Part shown: in pieces, positions 61,956-64,000 of the stretch
Layout: the number at the start of each line of letters is the position of its first letter
How positions within the stretch are numbered: position 1 is the stretch's first letter
Assembly: GCA_004022145.1 (NCBI GenBank)
Contig: RCNU01000002.1
Length of the DNA: 64,000 bases
Strand: one strand, 5' to 3'
DNA from: Paecilomyces variotii
Taxonomy: Eukaryota
Made by a program: the position numbers and the translations under genes
Notes under the pieces: model-generated
The model's database searches: none
What the model saw: the letters and a program-made list of their open reading frames with translations, nothing else
What the model was told of the DNA's origin: nothing

Positions 61956-62095
61956 CAATTACGCTCAGATGGGGACCTCTTGTATGATTTTTATAAATGG
62001 GAGACGGATCTACCATGGGAGTTGCAATTGTCTCGTGCGGTGTGTGCCTTTGCCGGTGATCCATGCACTTTTCTTGAATAAATTCCACCAACATC

Positions 62096-63764
62096 ATGTC
62101 GTCGCCCAAGGAAAAGGAAGGAATCGCACTTGATGAGATCAATTCCATCCATATCCAACATGTCGATGGGCTCAAATCAGCACCAGAAATGGTTGATCCG
62201 CAGAAAGGCGCCGTGAATGCGTTTCTTATACTGGCATGCATTGCCTTTGGCTCTGCTTCATTCCTGTTCGGCTACGATGACAAAGTCATCTCTCCTATTG
62301 CCGCCTTGACTGCATATGTAATATCACTATCTATCTGTCAGAAGTCGATTGTGGGAGACCACCGTACTGATCTCATGATTCTCGCAGGTCGAAAAATACC
62401 AGGGTCCCAACCCCGTCACGGGGAAATTGGTCCTGACTGCACGGAATCAGAATCTAGTCTTTGCCGTCCCCCTTGTCGGATCAATCATCGGTGGTCTTGC
62501 AGCATCCCCTCTAAACAACCATTTTGGTCGCAAATATCCGTTACTGGCGGCATACGTCTTCTCCCTCGGAGGAGGCTTCCTCCAGCTCTTTGCACCTAAC
62601 CTGGCTGCATTCGTCGCTGGACGCTTCTGGAACGGCACTGTTATCGGTATCGCCAATGCAACTGCTCCTCTATACTTGTCTGAAGTAGTCCCACCGTCGA
62701 TGAGAGGTCGAAGTGTGACTTCGATCAATATCTTGTCACTCATATCTGGCGTCGTCTCTACTGTCATAGTGAACGGCACACATGACCTCGAAGGAAAAAA
62801 ACAATACATGATCCCACTTGCTGTACAATGCGGACTCCCTGTTCTTCTGTTCTTTCTTACTTTCCTCCTCCCGGAAAGCCCTCAGTGGCTGGTGAGCAAA
62901 GGACGCATGGAGGAAGCCCGCCGCAATCTTCGCAAACTCCGTGGATTCTCCGATATGCAAGTGGATGATGAGCTACGGGTCATGAAGCTCTGCGAGGACA
63001 ACGAACGAGCCCTCACTGCCAACGTACGATTCTGGGAGATCTTTGATCGACAAAATCTCAAACGTACCCTTACCGCTGGGTCTTTCTACTCTTTGAACCA
63101 GGTATCTGGCGTCATCCTTTCGACCACTTATACTACCGTCTTCCTCACGGAGCTCGGAGTCGGTGACGCATTCACATTTACCGTTATCGCATCTTGCTGT
63201 ACCCTGGCGGGCAGCATCGTTGCTCCCTTCATCATCGACCGTGCCGGAAGACGACCCACGGCATTTGTAGGAATGACCCTCCTGCTCATGATCGACGCTG
63301 CTGCCGGAGGCCTCGCCTTTGATACACAAAACAAGCAATCCGTACTAGCCATTGCCGCATTAGGATTCATTTTCAATTTCTTCTGGGGGGCCTGCTTCTA
63401 CTCACTCTCCGCACTGATGCCGTCGGAGATCGCAACGCCCAAGTTGCGCAACCACACCATGGCATACACCATCGCATGTGCTCAAACGACAGCCGTCATC
63501 ACAACATTTGCAGTCCCACAATTGACGTCTGCGGACGCAGCGAATCTGGGTGCGAAAACATATCTCATCTTTGCGGGTCTGATGGCCTGCATCATTGTTT
63601 TTGCTTTCTTTTTCATGCCGGAAACAAGAGGGCGCACTTTTGCGGAGATTGATGAGATGTATGATGCTAACATTCCCATGTGGAAGTGGCGGAAATACCA
63701 GACTACAACTGAGGCTAAGCAGACGAAGCTGGTTTCTCCTGAAGAGATGCTGTCGGGTGTATAG
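62096..63764 (+). CDS. MFS sugar porter (alpha-glucoside/sucrose permease-like)
   Basis: FLFGYD, FGRK, YLSEVVPPSMRG, PESPQWL, NQVSG, DRAGRR, SEIATPKLR, PETRGRTFAEIDEMY; intron 62318-62387. Confidence 0.92.
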
Positions 63765-63869
63765 ACACATTTTAAGAATGAGGGGTTTTGTATATACTTC
63801 TCACCTTCGGTAGGGGGCTGACATACTCACAACTTAAGTACCTAAAAGAAGAAAAAGTTCATGTATATT

Positions 63870-64000
63870 TGTCGAATGTTGAATGGTACGGAAGGAAGGT
63901 CTGATTCGAACTACCTTAAATTTGCTTGCTTGAATCTAGATCTGGGGCGGGATTTGAACCCATATTTATCTTCTACCATATAGCATACAAAGAATCTAGA
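63870..64000 (+). repeat. Diverged direct copy of 57422-57536, running off the window end
   Basis: Collinear shared blocks TGTCGAAT, TGAATG, ACGGA, TTGCTTGCTTGA, TTGAAC, CATATTTA, ACAAAGAATCTAGA. Confidence 0.65.

Noticed and set aside
63941-63991. tRNA/SINE-like relic (reverse strand GGGTTCAAATCCC B-box, flanked by GAATCTAGA repeats)
   Set aside because: No cloverleaf or anticodon arm; the stretch is better explained as the diverged copy of 57422-57536.
51700-64000. Starship or other autonomous transposon as carrier of the accessory block
   Set aside because: No tyrosine recombinase, transposase, reverse transcriptase, TIR or LTR pair visible; one outside the window cannot be excluded.
1-64000. 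TGA-CTA stop-codon readthrough signals
   Set aside because: The TGA stops I checked (URK1, ESF1, LST4-like, IML1, VCX1, SHE9, PDX3) are not followed by CTA.

Overview
Gene-dense filamentous ascomycete DNA, Eurotiales-like by protein style and by GT-AG introns with CTRAC branch points; the species cannot be fixed from sequence alone. Positions 1-51.4 kb hold mostly conserved housekeeping genes: uridine kinase (3' part), ESF1, an FNIP/Lst4-like gene, IML1/DEPDC5, an intron-containing tRNA-Leu(AAG), a vacuolar Ca2+/H+ exchanger, a Zn2Cys6 regulator inside microsatellite-rich spacers, a secreted phytase-like protein, a LURP/tubby-like protein, a TM-SH3 protein, a Pmp3/Sna proteolipid, SHE9, Rieske RIP1, a histone-fold protein, a CLC channel, a TMEM42-like protein and PDX3. 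From ~51.7 kb the content looks accessory: a DAO-family oxidoreductase with a Zn2Cys6 factor, and a divergent GH32 invertase/MFS sugar porter pair. The best candidate for something new lies between these. It is an intronless 478-aa ORF with a clan CD (caspase/legumain-like) His-Cys dyad, preceded by an unlisted two-exon 96-aa ORF. It is followed by a partly RIP-like 120-bp duplicate of its own sequence, and a diverged copy of its upstream flank reappears at the window end, so the two copies bracket the sugar cluster. All calls come from reading the sequence; no database search was run.
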